DNA of 64,000 bases from a virus (IMGVR_UViG_3300005758_000044:1-64000), one strand, 5' to 3'; positions 28,763 to 38,094 are shown, counted from the stretch's first letter. Program-made: numbers and translations. Notes: generated by a model from the sequence alone, not told the origin.

Positions 28763-29107
28763 ATGAATATGAACGTCCGGGTTGAGACGAGTGAGGCTAA
28801 GAAGGTGACTGTGACGATTAGTCGTGAGGCGCTGTGGCATAACTTTGTGAACTGTTGGAGGGATTTGGCCTGGGATGAGTATCATGGTGTTGGACATTTG
28901 GAGGGTGTGGCCAAGGTGTTGCTGAGTGGTGAGAAGATGGATTTGTATACTCTGCGTAAGTTGTTTCGTGAGGGTAACACGATGTTGTTTATGGGTGACG
29001 CGATGGAGTTTCTGGATGTTCCTCGCAGTGTGAATCTGTGGCGTGAGATTGTGGTTGTGGATGGTGATGATCGGTATGTGATTAGTCACGAGCACATCAA
29101 CTTCTGA
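28763..29107 (+). CDS. hypothetical protein, paralogue of 35771-36109
   Basis: ~55% identity with the minus-strand ORF at 35771-36109 (VTVTISREALWHNFVNCWRDLAWDEY...). Confidence 0.6.
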   Translation: MNMNVRVETSEAKKVTVTISREALWHNFVNCWRDLAWDEYHGVGHLEGVAKVLLSGEKMDLYTLRKLFREGNTMLFMGDAMEFLDVPRSVNLWREIVVVDGDDRYVISHEHINF

Positions 29108-29116
29108 AGGATTTGG

Positions 29117-29147
29117 GGTTTGCGGTGATCCTGACTGACAAAACCGC
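29117..29147 (+). repeat. conserved upstream hairpin element (GGTTTGCGGTGATCC...AAAACCGC)
   Basis: stem GCGGT/ACCGC, loop begins GATCC, ends AAA; abuts -35. Confidence 0.6.
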
Positions 29148-29157
29148 TTGACTTTTT

Positions 29158-29185
29158 CTAAACTTGGTATAAACTGTATATACGG
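29158..29185 (+). promoter_or_regulatory. early promoter with CAA-rich leader
   Basis: duplicate of 28692 module. Confidence 0.6.
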
Positions 29186-29216
29186 TAGCAACAACAACAA
29201 CGAACAACGCATATAT

Positions 29217-29465
29217 ATGGGAACACGTAGCAACATTGGTATTCGTAATCTTGACAACACGATTACTGGTATTTACTGTCATTGGGATGGATATCCCGAG
29301 TGGAATGGAAAGATTTTGTTGGAGAATTACAATGATGTTGACAAGGTGAATGCTTTGATGGAGTTGGGTGATTTGTCGAGTTTGCGGATCAAGTTGAATC
29401 CTGAGCCTGGCAAGCCGCATACGTATGATGAGCAGCAGAACGATGTGTGTGGCATATGGACGTGA
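29217..29465 (+). CDS. hypothetical protein
   Basis: ATG after (CAA)n leader; possibly continues via frameshift into 29425-29640. Confidence 0.5.
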   Translation: MGTRSNIGIRNLDNTITGIYCHWDGYPEWNGKILLENYNDVDKVNALMELGDLSSLRIKLNPEPGKPHTYDEQQNDVCGIWT

Positions 29466-29640
29466 TCGAGGTGAGAAGGGAACGGAGAGCAAGTTGTTTA
29501 AGTCGTTGAGTCAGTTTGAGCGGTATATGGATAGTAATGGTGCTCAGTATCAGTATTTGTTTGACACTAATGTTGGCGAGTGGACGTATCGTGATTACAA
29601 GACTGACTGGAGGGTTTTGAAGTTGGAAGATTGTAAGTGA
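29425..29640 (+). CDS. hypothetical protein (overlaps previous in another frame; possible frameshifted continuation)
   Basis: 71-aa ORF with coding-like composition and no promoter of its own. Confidence 0.3.
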   Translation: MMSSRTMCVAYGRDRGEKGTESKLFKSLSQFERYMDSNGAQYQYLFDTNVGEWTYRDYKTDWRVLKLEDCK

Positions 29641-29695
29641 AGTCAAGGGTTTGTGGGCGACCGCGAACCCTTTTTTATGCATGTATATGGTTTTC

Positions 29696-29713
29696 CGCGG
29701 CTGGTTGGTGCAA
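29696..29713 (+). promoter_or_regulatory. ATGGTTTTCCGCGGCTGG motif
   Basis: one of ~15 copies of a conserved 18-mer containing CCGCGG. Confidence 0.5.
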
Positions 29714-29721
29714 ACGACTGC

Positions 29722-29749
29722 TTGACTTTGTATAAAGTCATGATAGGAT
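29722..29749 (+). promoter_or_regulatory. early promoter
   Basis: cttgactttgtataaagtcatgataggat. Confidence 0.55.
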
Positions 29750-29758
29750 GGTGGTCAG

Positions 29759-29941
29759 ATGGATGCTAAATTTTCGAGTGAAGGGTTACCGTTGTGTCCA
29801 CATTGTGAACAGCCTATGGATCATATGCGTCCCAAGGGGCGTGATACTGAGACGATGGGTGGATACAGTGTGGAGTATTTTATTTGTGAGTGTGATTGTG
29901 AATTTGAGCTAATTGATTCAAAAAGGTTGTATCCCGCTTGA
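29759..29941 (+). CDS. small Zn-ribbon protein
   Basis: CPHCEQP...CECDCEF. Confidence 0.5.
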   Translation: MDAKFSSEGLPLCPHCEQPMDHMRPKGRDTETMGGYSVEYFICECDCEFELIDSKRLYPA

Positions 29942-29966
29942 CTTTTTGTAAAAGGTTGGTAGAGTG
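29938..29966 (+). promoter_or_regulatory. early promoter
   Basis: cttgactttttgtaaaaggttggtagagt. Confidence 0.55.
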
Positions 29967-29974
29967 TATTGACG

Positions 29975-30151
29975 ATGAATCGAGACGATGAGCGTAAGGC
30001 GGTTGCTAGTTTGATTTACTTTTCGGATCATGTGACCAAGGATCGAGTGGAACAGTGGATTGAGAAGTTGAAGGAACAGGGTCATGTGGTTGCATCTGAT
30101 ACACGGGAATATGAACCTGCGTATGGCGAACCGTGTTGGTATATTCCTTGA
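29975..30151 (+). CDS. hypothetical protein
   Basis: 58 aa from first ATG. Confidence 0.45.
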   Translation: MNRDDERKAVASLIYFSDHVTKDRVEQWIEKLKEQGHVVASDTREYEPAYGEPCWYIP

Positions 30152-30176
30152 CTTTTTGTAAACCGGTGATATTCTG
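30148..30176 (+). promoter_or_regulatory. early promoter
   Basis: cttgactttttgtaaaccggtgatattct. Confidence 0.55.
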
Positions 30177-30185
30177 TATTTCACG

Positions 30186-30368
30186 ATGAAAACTTGGTTG
30201 GTTATGGATGTAAACGGGTGGGTGTTTCGTCACAATGAATATGGCGATGAACCCGAGTGGATTGGAACGATTGAAGGTGGAGAACATGGCACTCGTTGGT
30301 TTATGATGTATGGAGACAACCGAGTGTTGAATGTGGAAGAACTGCAACAAATCCTTGACTTTCTATGA
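30186..30368 (+). CDS. hypothetical protein
   Basis: 60-aa ORF. Confidence 0.45.
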   Translation: MKTWLVMDVNGWVFRHNEYGDEPEWIGTIEGGEHGTRWFMMYGDNRVLNVEELQQILDFL

Positions 30369-30613
30369 ACAAGCGTATATTGAATACTGCTATTAACAAG
30401 TGTAGTAGGTTTAGTGACACAAAGGAGTGGGTAGGGTATCTTACAGACATGGAAATTGTGACACTGATTGAAGCTGGTGTAACGCCGACAGAGTATTGTC
30501 AACGGCATGTTGAGCGTGCTAGAAGCAACATTAAGTATGGAATTTCCAGTCCTATTTGGTTTTATTTTCATCCCAATGGACTTGTGATGAAAGATTCGTT
30601 GAAAAAGCATTGA
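30365..30613 (+). CDS. hypothetical protein
   Basis: 82-aa ORF. Confidence 0.45.
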   Translation: MNKRILNTAINKCSRFSDTKEWVGYLTDMEIVTLIEAGVTPTEYCQRHVERARSNIKYGISSPIWFYFHPNGLVMKDSLKKH

Positions 30614-30638
30614 TTTTTGGAAAACCCGCTGGTATTTT

Positions 30639-30821
30639 ATGAATGATCTAACAAAGTTGCAGAAAGAGGTTAATGACCTCAAGAACGAACTTCGCACGTC
30701 TAACAGTGAACGTGAACGGCTACAACGCATGGTAAACGACTTGAAGAGAGACAACGAGTTGTTGAGGATGCGTGCTGTTTATGTTCAAAACCAGTACAAT
30801 TCTTTTTGCGATTCTTTCTGA
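30639..30821 (+). CDS. small coiled-coil protein
   Basis: 60 aa heptad. Confidence 0.45.
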   Translation: MNDLTKLQKEVNDLKNELRTSNSERERLQRMVNDLKRDNELLRMRAVYVQNQYNSFCDSF

Positions 30822-30827
30822 AATCGT

Positions 30828-30856
30828 TTGACTTTTTGTAAACCGCTGGTATAGTC
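30828..30856 (+). promoter_or_regulatory. early promoter
   Basis: tttgactttttgtaaaccgctggtatagt 8 nt before helicase ATG. Confidence 0.55.
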
Positions 30857-30864
30857 TTTGAACG

Positions 30865-32223
30865 ATGAAACTACTTGATCCTCAAATTCCTCATTCGGAG
30901 AACTTGCTCAACAGTCTTTATTTGAATGGCATTGCTGCTGATTTGAGTGAGACTGGATGTGGCAAGACGTATGTTGCTACGTATGTGGCAAAAACCATGA
31001 ATGTTCCTGTCGTGGTTATTTGTCCCAAGGCGGTGATTCCTGTTTGGAAGCGGGTTATGGCGAGTGCTGGTATTGGTGCCATGGTGTCGATCAACTATGA
31101 AAAGTTGATGCGTGGCAATACCAAGTATTTGACGTATGATGAAGCCAAGTTGAAGATTCCCAACACGCCGACGTGGCAGAGCATGATTGTGAATCTTCCC
31201 AAAAACTGTTTGATCATTTTGGATGAAGTTCACAAGTGTAAGGGTGCCAAGAGTTTGAATGGTGCTTTTCTTACAGCTTGTAAGTCATATGGCTACAAGT
31301 TGTTGGTGATGAGTGCTACTGCTGCTACCAATCCATTGGAGATGCGTCATTTTGGGTATGCTACCAATCTTCACAACTGGTTCAACTTCAACAAGTGGTG
31401 TGGCAATATTGGTGCTGAGTTTAATGCTCAGTATGGTGGCATGTCTATTGACATGAAGAGTCAGCGGGTGCAAGAAGGAATGAAGTGGATTCATGATCAA
31501 TTGTTCAATGTGCAGGGTATTGCCAGTCGATTGACGCGTGAACAGATGAAGGCTATGTTTCCGGACAATCGGGTGTTGGCCGAGTGTTTTGATATGGGAA
31601 CCAATACTGCCAAGATTCAGGCGGTATACGACCATATGGAGGCTGAGATTGCTCGATTGGATGAACGTTCCAAAGATTATCGTGCTCATGTGTTTGCGGA
31701 GATCATGAAGGCACGTCGTATGGCTGAAATCCTCAAGGTTCCTACTTTGGTCGAAATGATCGAAGATCTGTATGAAGAGGGTATCAGTCCGGTGGTGTTT
31801 GTGAACTTTGAAGACACCATGGCGGCATTGCAGAAGCGACTGGCGTCTTATGGAGACGTTGTTGGAGTGATCAAGGGTGGACAGAGTGCCAAGGAACGTC
31901 AGCTTCACATTGATGAATTTCAGGCCAATACCCGGCGAATTATGCTGGTGAACTTGGCTGCTGGCAATGCTGGTATCAGTCTTCATGATTTGGATGGCAA
32001 GTTTCCTCGACACAGCATTGTGTGTCCTTCGTTTAGTGCCATTAACTTGGTTCAAGCGTTGGGTCGAATTCATCGTGCTGAAGGCAAAAGTCCTTGTTTG
32101 CAGAAGATTGTGTTTGCTGCTGGAACGATTGAAGAGCGGTGCTGTCAACGTGTTCAATCAAAGCTTGACAATCTGGATATGTTGAATGACGGCGATTTGG
32201 TTGGTGACATCAAGATCTGGTGA
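30865..32223 (+). CDS. SF2 DNA helicase
   Basis: motif I LSETGCGKT, motif II ILDEVHK, motif VI QALGRIHRAEG. Confidence 0.8.
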   Translation: MKLLDPQIPHSENLLNSLYLNGIAADLSETGCGKTYVATYVAKTMNVPVVVICPKAVIPVWKRVMASAGIGAMVSINYEKLMRGNTKYLTYDEAKLKIPNTPTWQSMIVNLPKNCLIILDEVHKCKGAKSLNGAFLTACKSYGYKLLVMSATAATNPLEMRHFGYATNLHNWFNFNKWCGNIGAEFNAQYGGMSIDMKSQRVQEGMKWIHDQLFNVQGIASRLTREQMKAMFPDNRVLAECFDMGTNTAKIQAVYDHMEAEIARLDERSKDYRAHVFAEIMKARRMAEILKVPTLVEMIEDLYEEGISPVVFVNFEDTMAALQKRLASYGDVVGVIKGGQSAKERQLHIDEFQANTRRIMLVNLAAGNAGISLHDLDGKFPRHSIVCPSFSAINLVQALGRIHRAEGKSPCLQKIVFAAGTIEERCCQRVQSKLDNLDMLNDGDLVGDIKIW

Positions 32224-32243
32224 TGGTATAGTTTCTATAACCT

Positions 32244-32516
32244 ATGAGTTACAAGCTGGTTGGAATTCGATATCCGAGCTACTACGACGTTTCAAACAAA
32301 CGAGACGTTGCCCCGGTGATCGTTGAAACGGATGATTCAACGAAGTTGAGTGGCATGATTAATGAACTGTTGTTCAATGAACGTGAACAGGATCGAGTCA
32401 ATTATGTTTTGACTCGGTGGGGTGGCAAGATGTATATTTGTGAACCTGTTGACGTTGAGAACAAACGATATGACAAGGTTCAAATCAATTACCATCCGCA
32501 TCAAAGTCTGACTTGA
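32244..32516 (+). CDS. hypothetical protein
   Basis: 90-aa ORF. Confidence 0.5.
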   Translation: MSYKLVGIRYPSYYDVSNKRDVAPVIVETDDSTKLSGMINELLFNEREQDRVNYVLTRWGGKMYICEPVDVENKRYDKVQINYHPHQSLT

Positions 32517-32589
32517 CAAACGAGTGGGTATAGACTACCGTATATATGGTGGTTTATATACCACCCCGGACTATGATTTTCCGCGTAAT

Positions 32590-32666
32590 GGCCCCGTAGC
32601 TCAATTGGACTAGAGCGCACGGCTTCTATCCGTATGGTTGGGGGTTCAAGTCCCTCCGGGGCTACC
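32590..32666 (+). tRNA. tRNA-Arg (anticodon TCT)
   Basis: GGCCCCG acceptor, GCTCAATTGGACTAGAGC D-arm, loop CTTCTAT, GGTTCAAGTCC T-arm, encoded CCA. Confidence 0.7.
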
Positions 32667-32676
32667 AATTTATATT

Positions 32677-33108
32677 ATGACTACTACATCTACTTATATT
32701 GTTGAAAGCGGTAATTGGAAGATACGAATTGTCGCTGAAGACTATGGAGATGAGTATTCATATTTGGAAGCCGCTACACGTGCCATAGAGGGTGTATTTG
32801 GTAGTAGGCCCCTAGGTGAAAAGTGTGAGTTTGTATGTTTGATGGATGCTAAGGGTCAAGACTATTTTGATCTTGATACCAATGTAGAAGAGTTGCCACC
32901 GCCAATGTTTAGTGTGGTGACTGGTGTTCGTAAGGAAAACGAAACAACGTTGCGTGTGTATCTAACCAGCCTTTTGTTTGCCAATGCTGGTCAACCAGTC
33001 AACTTCAAATTGGCAATGCAAGCAGAAGCTTTGGAACCGGATAAAGTCAAGTCATTCAAAGAGTTAGCGGCAAAAAAGTCCAACAAATCTAAAAAGAAAA
33101 AGAGTTGA
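32677..33108 (+). CDS. hypothetical protein
   Basis: start at ATG after the tRNA; Lys-rich tail. Confidence 0.5.
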   Translation: MTTTSTYIVESGNWKIRIVAEDYGDEYSYLEAATRAIEGVFGSRPLGEKCEFVCLMDAKGQDYFDLDTNVEELPPPMFSVVTGVRKENETTLRVYLTSLLFANAGQPVNFKLAMQAEALEPDKVKSFKELAAKKSNKSKKKKS

Positions 33109-33140
33109 CAAACTGATGTGTTGGTGGTAACGTATATATC

Positions 33141-33329
33141 ATGAGTAACAAAGTTATCAGAGATATGAACAACAAGACGGTTGGAACACTTCGCACTCAA
33201 GGAAATGTTACACGTCTTACTGATGTCAACAATCGAACTGTTGGAACTTACAATAGCAAGACCAATGTGACTTACAGTGGTGGAAAGCCTATTGGTCAAG
33301 GTGATCAGTTGCTTCGAATTCGTCTTTAA
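33141..33329 (+). CDS. hypothetical protein (NKTVGT repeats)
   Basis: 62 aa; promoter TTGACAAACTGATG... upstream. Confidence 0.45.
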   Translation: MSNKVIRDMNNKTVGTLRTQGNVTRLTDVNNRTVGTYNSKTNVTYSGGKPIGQGDQLLRIRL

Positions 33330-33436
33330 TACAATGTGGTGTTGGTGTAAGTAGCACGCCTATCATCCCGATAGGAGGTCCAGTTCATAACTGTGGCACC
33401 ACTCCATTTTTATGCACCTATGCAGTGTTTTCCGCG

Positions 33437-33468
33437 CATAAAAAGACCCACCACATAGGGTGGGGTAT
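33437..33468 (-). terminator. rho-independent terminator
   Basis: cccacc-acatag-ggtggg with T-run on minus. Confidence 0.6.
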
Positions 33469-33478
33469 TTGTGGGATG

Positions 33479-33604
33479 TTACACGAAAAACCAAACAATG
33501 TGTAGACCAAAGCCTAATACTGCAAAAAATGCAGCAACAATTAGCAATTGCTTTTGTAGTGGCGTTTGTAGTCGCCAACGTTCTTTAAGTGTGTAATGGT
33601 TCAT
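33479..33604 (-). CDS. small hydrophobic protein (~41 aa)
   Basis: MNHYTLKERWRLQTPLQKQLLIVAAFFAVLGFGLHIVWFFV translated by hand; below ORF-track cutoff. Confidence 0.3.
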   Translation of the reverse strand: MNHYTLKERWRLQTPLQKQLLIVAAFFAVLGFGLHIVWFFV

Positions 33605-33610
33605 TGGATG

Positions 33611-33943
33611 TTACTCGTCTACGGACTTATAGATGGGATCGCCCGCGGGATTATATCCGATAATCTCAACCTTACCTTCTTCGATCAAATTGTCAAGTTC
33701 CTGTTGAATCATTTGCTGTTTGGCAAACTCAACCAATTGTTCTTGACTCATATCGTTTTCTTGCATGAACTGCTGAATTTCTTGTGGCAGTTCATGATCT
33801 TCTGGATAATCTTGGTCAAAAACATCCACGTCGAGTGATGCACAGTGAGTCAACAATGCATCAATGGTTCCTGTAAAACTTCCTGTAATTCGATTGGTTT
33901 CTTTCATTGTACACAGCATACCACATTTTGTATACTGTGTCAA
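33611..33943 (-). CDS. hypothetical acidic protein
   Basis: 110-aa ORF. Confidence 0.45.
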   Translation of the reverse strand: MTQYTKCGMLCTMKETNRITGSFTGTIDALLTHCASLDVDVFDQDYPEDHELPQEIQQFMQENDMSQEQLVEFAKQQMIQQELDNLIEEGKVEIIGYNPAGDPIYKSVDE

Positions 33944-33993
33944 CAGAGAAGTTGGGGATTGGACCCAACTTCATCTTGATGAATGCCAACTAC

Positions 33994-34389
33994 TTAGGCG
34001 ACGGCCTCGGTCTTCTCCACATCCTTGACGGCCATCGGATAGTTGGCGAGGTAGGTTTCCTTCTTGATGGTCTTGATGGGGGCGGTGCCACGATAGGCGT
34101 TGTAGGTGGAGCCGGTGCCGTAGACATTCACGTCGTAGGTAGCGTCAACAGGAATGTAAACGTAGGTGCGGTTCTTGATGGTTCCACGGGTGGGGCGACC
34201 ACGACCAACCGGCACACCGTCGATGAGCACCACCCGCTTCACCTTGATGCCGGTGCCATACTTGAGGCGGCGCTTCGACTTGGTTTCGGTGGCAGGATGA
34301 AGATCGACACCAGTCTCACCCACAGAAGCAACATCAGCGGTCGGGGTGACGGTGGAGGTGGCGGAGGCGTTCAGATAGGAGGGATTCAT
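33994..34389 (-). CDS. hypothetical protein
   Basis: trimmed to MNPSYLNAS; reverse-oriented early promoter at 34465. Confidence 0.45.
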   Translation of the reverse strand: MNPSYLNASATSTVTPTADVASVGETGVDLHPATETKSKRRLKYGTGIKVKRVVLIDGVPVGRGRPTRGTIKNRTYVYIPVDATYDVNVYGTGSTYNAYRGTAPIKTIKKETYLANYPMAVKDVEKTEAVA

Positions 34390-34508
34390 ATCTAGTGTAG
34401 TGTTACTGTTTTTGTTTTTGTTATCGGAAGAACTTGTGTCCTTCAACTGGAAATAGATTATCAGACATTTAGAGAAAGTCAAGCCTCGCTGTCATTTTCT
34501 GAAAGTTT

Positions 34509-34526
34509 ATGATTTTCCGCGGTTGG
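34509..34526 (+). promoter_or_regulatory. TGATTTTCCGCGGTTGG motif copy
   Basis: variant of conserved 18-mer. Confidence 0.45.
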
Positions 34527-35008
34527 TTGACATGAGTGCAAAGAAAAACGGAGACACCGGTTGGTTAGACCAATGTCTCCGTTTATTTTCAAAACCGACT
34601 TGCAAATCGGTTTCACAGGTAGTTTATCGGTTAGCTACACCAATATCAACTGTATGGATCTTTCTCCATTGTCATGAGCACGAACACTTCACTACTTTGA
34701 AGGTTAGGCCCATTCACGAACATGACCGGAGGTACGTTCACTACCTTGAAGTTTATCCGGTGTTACAACATGGCATATTTCTTCGCTACCTTGAAGACAT
34801 GTGCTGAACAACAATGGACGTGTCATTTTGGCTCTTACGGAGGCTCGGGAGTATTCAGTCTTTTCCACGTTCCGGAAAGTTTTAGTGTTACGCGTCACAC
34901 CATCACTTTCAAAATCTGAAACTACTTTATCACACTTTCTTGATTTGTCAAGCTACTCTCTTACATACCAGAGAGGGGCTTTTTGACCTGACCCCAAGGT
35001 GTTTGGCA

Positions 35009-35683
35009 TTAAGCCTCTACTTCATCGGTATATTCCTCATCCTCGGGATGATACCTGCCAAGACCTTCACGAAGAGTGATACCGTCGTCGCTGTGCCAGT
35101 CATACTCGTTGGTGTTGGTGATCTCACCATTCACGATGGTTTCGTCTCCCAAAAACCCACCACCCTCGTCAGCAAACTCATGGAAGAATTCAAGGGTGGG
35201 ATAATCCTTGGAAACCTTGAGCCACAACCGAGTCACAGGATTCCATGCGGTTTCGTAGTAAATAGTGGCACGACCGTGACCATTGCCGCCTTCGTCAATC
35301 GACCACTCTCCTACGTCATAGGCGTTCCACTTGGTGCCCCAGTTGGCATTAGCCCAGTTATACCAGTTGTTGAACCCATACTTGGCAAGAAGTTCGTCAC
35401 TCTTCTCTTGCGTGATACCAAGACCCCATGGCTTTCCTTCCTTCAACTGCCATTCATTGAGTTCACCAGCCTCCTTCTTCTTGTTCCAGTCAGCCCAGAT
35501 CTTGTCAATTTCATCTTGGGTTTGAATACGAACCGGACTGGTTGTATTCAGGATCTCATCGGGCATGGGAACCACACCATTGAAGTCGAGGTTGGTGTCC
35601 TTGGTCTTGACAGCTTCAACGAACCTGCGAACATCATTGAGGGGACCAGTGACGGTGAAGTTATTAGCAGTGTGATTTGGCAT
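35009..35683 (-). CDS. hypothetical Trp-rich protein (WGTKWNA / ETAWNP motifs)
   Basis: 224 aa; reverse early promoter at ~35705. Confidence 0.55.
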   Translation of the reverse strand: MPNHTANNFTVTGPLNDVRRFVEAVKTKDTNLDFNGVVPMPDEILNTTSPVRIQTQDEIDKIWADWNKKKEAGELNEWQLKEGKPWGLGITQEKSDELLAKYGFNNWYNWANANWGTKWNAYDVGEWSIDEGGNGHGRATIYYETAWNPVTRLWLKVSKDYPTLEFFHEFADEGGGFLGDETIVNGEITNTNEYDWHSDDGITLREGLGRYHPEDEEYTDEVEA

Positions 35684-35770
35684 ATGTAGTATCTATTACG
35701 GTTAAGAGTCTATCAGAGTTTTAGAGAAAGTCAATGGGTTTTTTAGGATTACCCACAACCTTTTGTTGGG

Positions 35771-36109
35771 TTAGAAATTGATGTCTTGGTGGCGAATCAC
35801 ATGCTTTTCACCATCGTCGTCAACAATAATCTCACGATGAATTTCGGTTCCGATGTCCAGAAATTTCATGCCATCGTCCATGAGCATACAGGTCAGTCCG
35901 ACACGAAACAACCCGCGAAGCTTCTGAATGTCGAGTTTTTCACCGTTGAGCAACACCTTTGCAACGTCATCAACCATCGAAAGACCAGTGTATTCGTCCC
36001 ATGCGGTGTCTTTCCAACACGTCACAAAGTTGTCCCACAAAGCTCTGCGGGTGATAGTGACGCTAACCTTCTTGATGTCCGAAGAAACCACGCTGAAGTT
36101 CGTATTCAT
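35771..36109 (-). CDS. hypothetical protein, paralogue of 28763-29107
   Basis: VSVTITRRALWDNFVTCWKDTAWDEY...HQDINF. Confidence 0.6.
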   Translation of the reverse strand: MNTNFSVVSSDIKKVSVTITRRALWDNFVTCWKDTAWDEYTGLSMVDDVAKVLLNGEKLDIQKLRGLFRVGLTCMLMDDGMKFLDIGTEIHREIIVDDDGEKHVIRHQDINF

Positions 36110-36142
36110 TACACAATCAGATTATCAGAGTTTTAGAGAAAA

Positions 36143-36343
36143 TCAAGCCTTGTCTTCAATTTGAAGAAAATTAGCAATGTTGTTACGAATGATCTTGACA
36201 CACTCTTCCTGAGACAAACCTTCTTCAAATTGCATGTCACCGCTGATGTATCGGCCAAATTGTCCACCATCGGCAAACCAATTGGCGAACTTTTGAGACT
36301 CAAACAGCCACATCAACTTGGTGATCAACTCTTTGTTGTTCAT
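36143..36343 (-). CDS. hypothetical protein
   Basis: 66 aa with reverse early promoter at 36355. Confidence 0.45.
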   Translation of the reverse strand: MNNKELITKLMWLFESQKFANWFADGGQFGRYISGDMQFEEGLSQEECVKIIRNNIANFLQIEDKA

Positions 36344-36445
36344 TGTGGATATATCCTAACAGCTTTTTAGAGAAAGTCAAGCCTCACTTGATTTTCCGCG
36401 TATGAATGATTCACCAAAAAACCACCTTGTTACAGGTGGTTGAAA

Positions 36446-36521
<76 letters not shown>

Positions 36522-36527
36522 GAAAGA

Positions 36528-36803
36528 TTACCGGCCCGTGAATCGAACCACACGGCCCAGTCGAGTAAGATATGTGTCAAAGTCCTGAATATCTACCATA
36601 TTCAACTTGACTTGCTTGCCCTGTTGTTCAATCGCCTTGATGAAGGTGGGAGCATCACAATCTTCCTCAAGATAGGCATGACTTTGAGTGTAATAGCTGA
36701 AACCGCTAATTTCGCTGGTGATTCCAGATCCAATCAGATCCATCATGGGAACCTTGAGCCAACCGTGTCCGGGATCGCTAATGAAGTCGTAGGTAACGTT
36801 CAT
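36528..36803 (-). CDS. hypothetical protein
   Basis: 91 aa. Confidence 0.5.
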   Translation of the reverse strand: MNVTYDFISDPGHGWLKVPMMDLIGSGITSEISGFSYYTQSHAYLEEDCDAPTFIKAIEQQGKQVKLNMVDIQDFDTYLTRLGRVVRFTGR

Positions 36804-36836
36804 GTTGAAGATACTCTATCAGGGTTTTAGAGAAAG

Positions 36837-37355
36837 TCAAGCCGTCACCGCAACCATTGGAGTGATTTTCTGATAGCAGACGTTGCACCGATAGGTATGA
36901 GTTCCAGCCTGCATCCGACGAACACGGGTGACGGTGATTTGATGCTTTTTGCCTTGACAACCACACACATAGCCATAACGAGTAACGTTGCGAACACGTG
37001 CGTTGGTGACATCATAACTGTGACAACGAGTGGCAGGAACATTGAACCAACTCATTACTTGCTTCCAAACGTGGCCGTGACCCGTGCCTGGATTGTTCTT
37101 GAACACGGTGTATTGAACTACGTGTGCAAACTCATGAGGCACCGTTTGGTTGATCATGGTGTCAACATTTTCCATGAGCAACACTTTGTTGAGGCTGATG
37201 AACGGTTCTCCGAAACGAGTACCACCTCGACCAGCAGCCGTTCCTCGGAGGTTGTAGTCTAGCGTAGGAACCACTCGTTGACCAGTTTGTTGGAACACAA
37301 TGTCACTGCACTGGTTGATCTTGTCTTGAATCCGCTGATGAATCTCAATGTTCAT
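36837..37355 (-). CDS. SprT-like zinc metalloprotease
   Basis: HEFAHVV HExxH motif plus C-terminal Zn-ribbon CGCQG...CNVC. Confidence 0.6.
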   Translation of the reverse strand: MNIEIHQRIQDKINQCSDIVFQQTGQRVVPTLDYNLRGTAAGRGGTRFGEPFISLNKVLLMENVDTMINQTVPHEFAHVVQYTVFKNNPGTGHGHVWKQVMSWFNVPATRCHSYDVTNARVRNVTRYGYVCGCQGKKHQITVTRVRRMQAGTHTYRCNVCYQKITPMVAVTA

Positions 37356-37402
37356 GTTGAAGAAACAATATCAGAGTTTTAGAGAAAGTCAAGCCGTCAT
37401 TG

Positions 37403-37609
37403 TCAAAGCAGATCCAGTGGAGTGTCTCGACTTACATGCACCATGCCGATACGTTTGCCGTCTTTGTCCTTGATGGGTCTGCGAATCTCGGTGGTATTTT
37501 CGCTGTCAAGCACTGCTGCACGTGCGTTACGCAATGCTCTGGCAGTTTCGTTGATGAAGGTGTGATCGAAGGCGGGAGTCTCTGTGGTAAAGTAGATGTT
37601 TACATGCAT
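37403..37609 (-). CDS. hypothetical protein
   Basis: 68 aa; reverse promoter plus reverse-oriented hairpin element at 37625-37675. Confidence 0.45.
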   Translation of the reverse strand: MHVNIYFTTETPAFDHTFINETARALRNARAAVLDSENTTEIRRPIKDKDGKRIGMVHVSRDTPLDLL

Positions 37610-37643
37610 ATACAGATGTTATCACCTTTTTAGAGAAAGTCAA

Positions 37644-37675
37644 GCGGTTTTCTGCGAAGGATCACCGCAAACCTT
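37644..37675 (-). repeat. conserved upstream hairpin element (reverse orientation)
   Basis: revcomp GGTTTGCGGTGATCCTTCGCAGAAAACCGC. Confidence 0.55.
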
Positions 37676-37684
37676 GTAAATCAC

Positions 37685-38020
37685 TTACGACTCGTCTTCA
37701 ACTTGGAGCTCGACTTCCTCTTCATCACCCTCGGTGCGGGACATATACCAATCACTTGCGGTGACGGTGCCCTTTTCAAGGTCATACACAATGTCATCAC
37801 CGTAGTCGGAGCCGTCACCAGCACCGCTGTAACCATACGCTCCCCACGCCCAGTCTTCGACATCATTTGCAAAGTCGTCGTCGTCCTTGGGATGTGGAAC
37901 CAGATCGACGTTCAAAAATCCCTCATCGTTTCCACCAGAGAAATGAAGAGTGATCTTCTTGATACCCAACTGCTTGGCCCGGTCGTAAATGGCCTTGTTC
38001 AACGGCATCGGAGTTTCCAT
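37685..38020 (-). CDS. hypothetical highly acidic protein
   Basis: 111 aa D/E/G/Y-rich. Confidence 0.5.
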   Translation of the reverse strand: METPMPLNKAIYDRAKQLGIKKITLHFSGGNDEGFLNVDLVPHPKDDDDFANDVEDWAWGAYGYSGAGDGSDYGDDIVYDLEKGTVTASDWYMSRTEGDEEEVELQVEDES

Positions 38021-38044
38021 AGTTTTGTGTAGTATCTGTTGTTG

Positions 38045-38074
38045 TTACGTTTGTTACTGTTACGTTTGTTACTG
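38045..38074. repeat. tandem 15-mer in CAA-rich leader (minus strand)
   Basis: ttacgtttgttactg x2. Confidence 0.7.
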
Positions 38075-38094
38075 TATCAGAGTTTGTTTGAAAG

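Noticed and set aside
27651-29260. Long minus-strand ORFs 27651-28520 and 28523-29260
   Set aside because: Antisense to the GP88-like gene and its promoter modules. The plus strand here is strongly G+T-rich, so the C/A-rich complement gives long stop-free frames with nonsense low-complexity translations and no promoter in the reverse orientation.
30871-32157. Minus ORFs 30871-31233 and 31285-32157
   Set aside because: Antisense shadows inside the helicase gene, whose motifs I, II and VI are intact on the plus strand.
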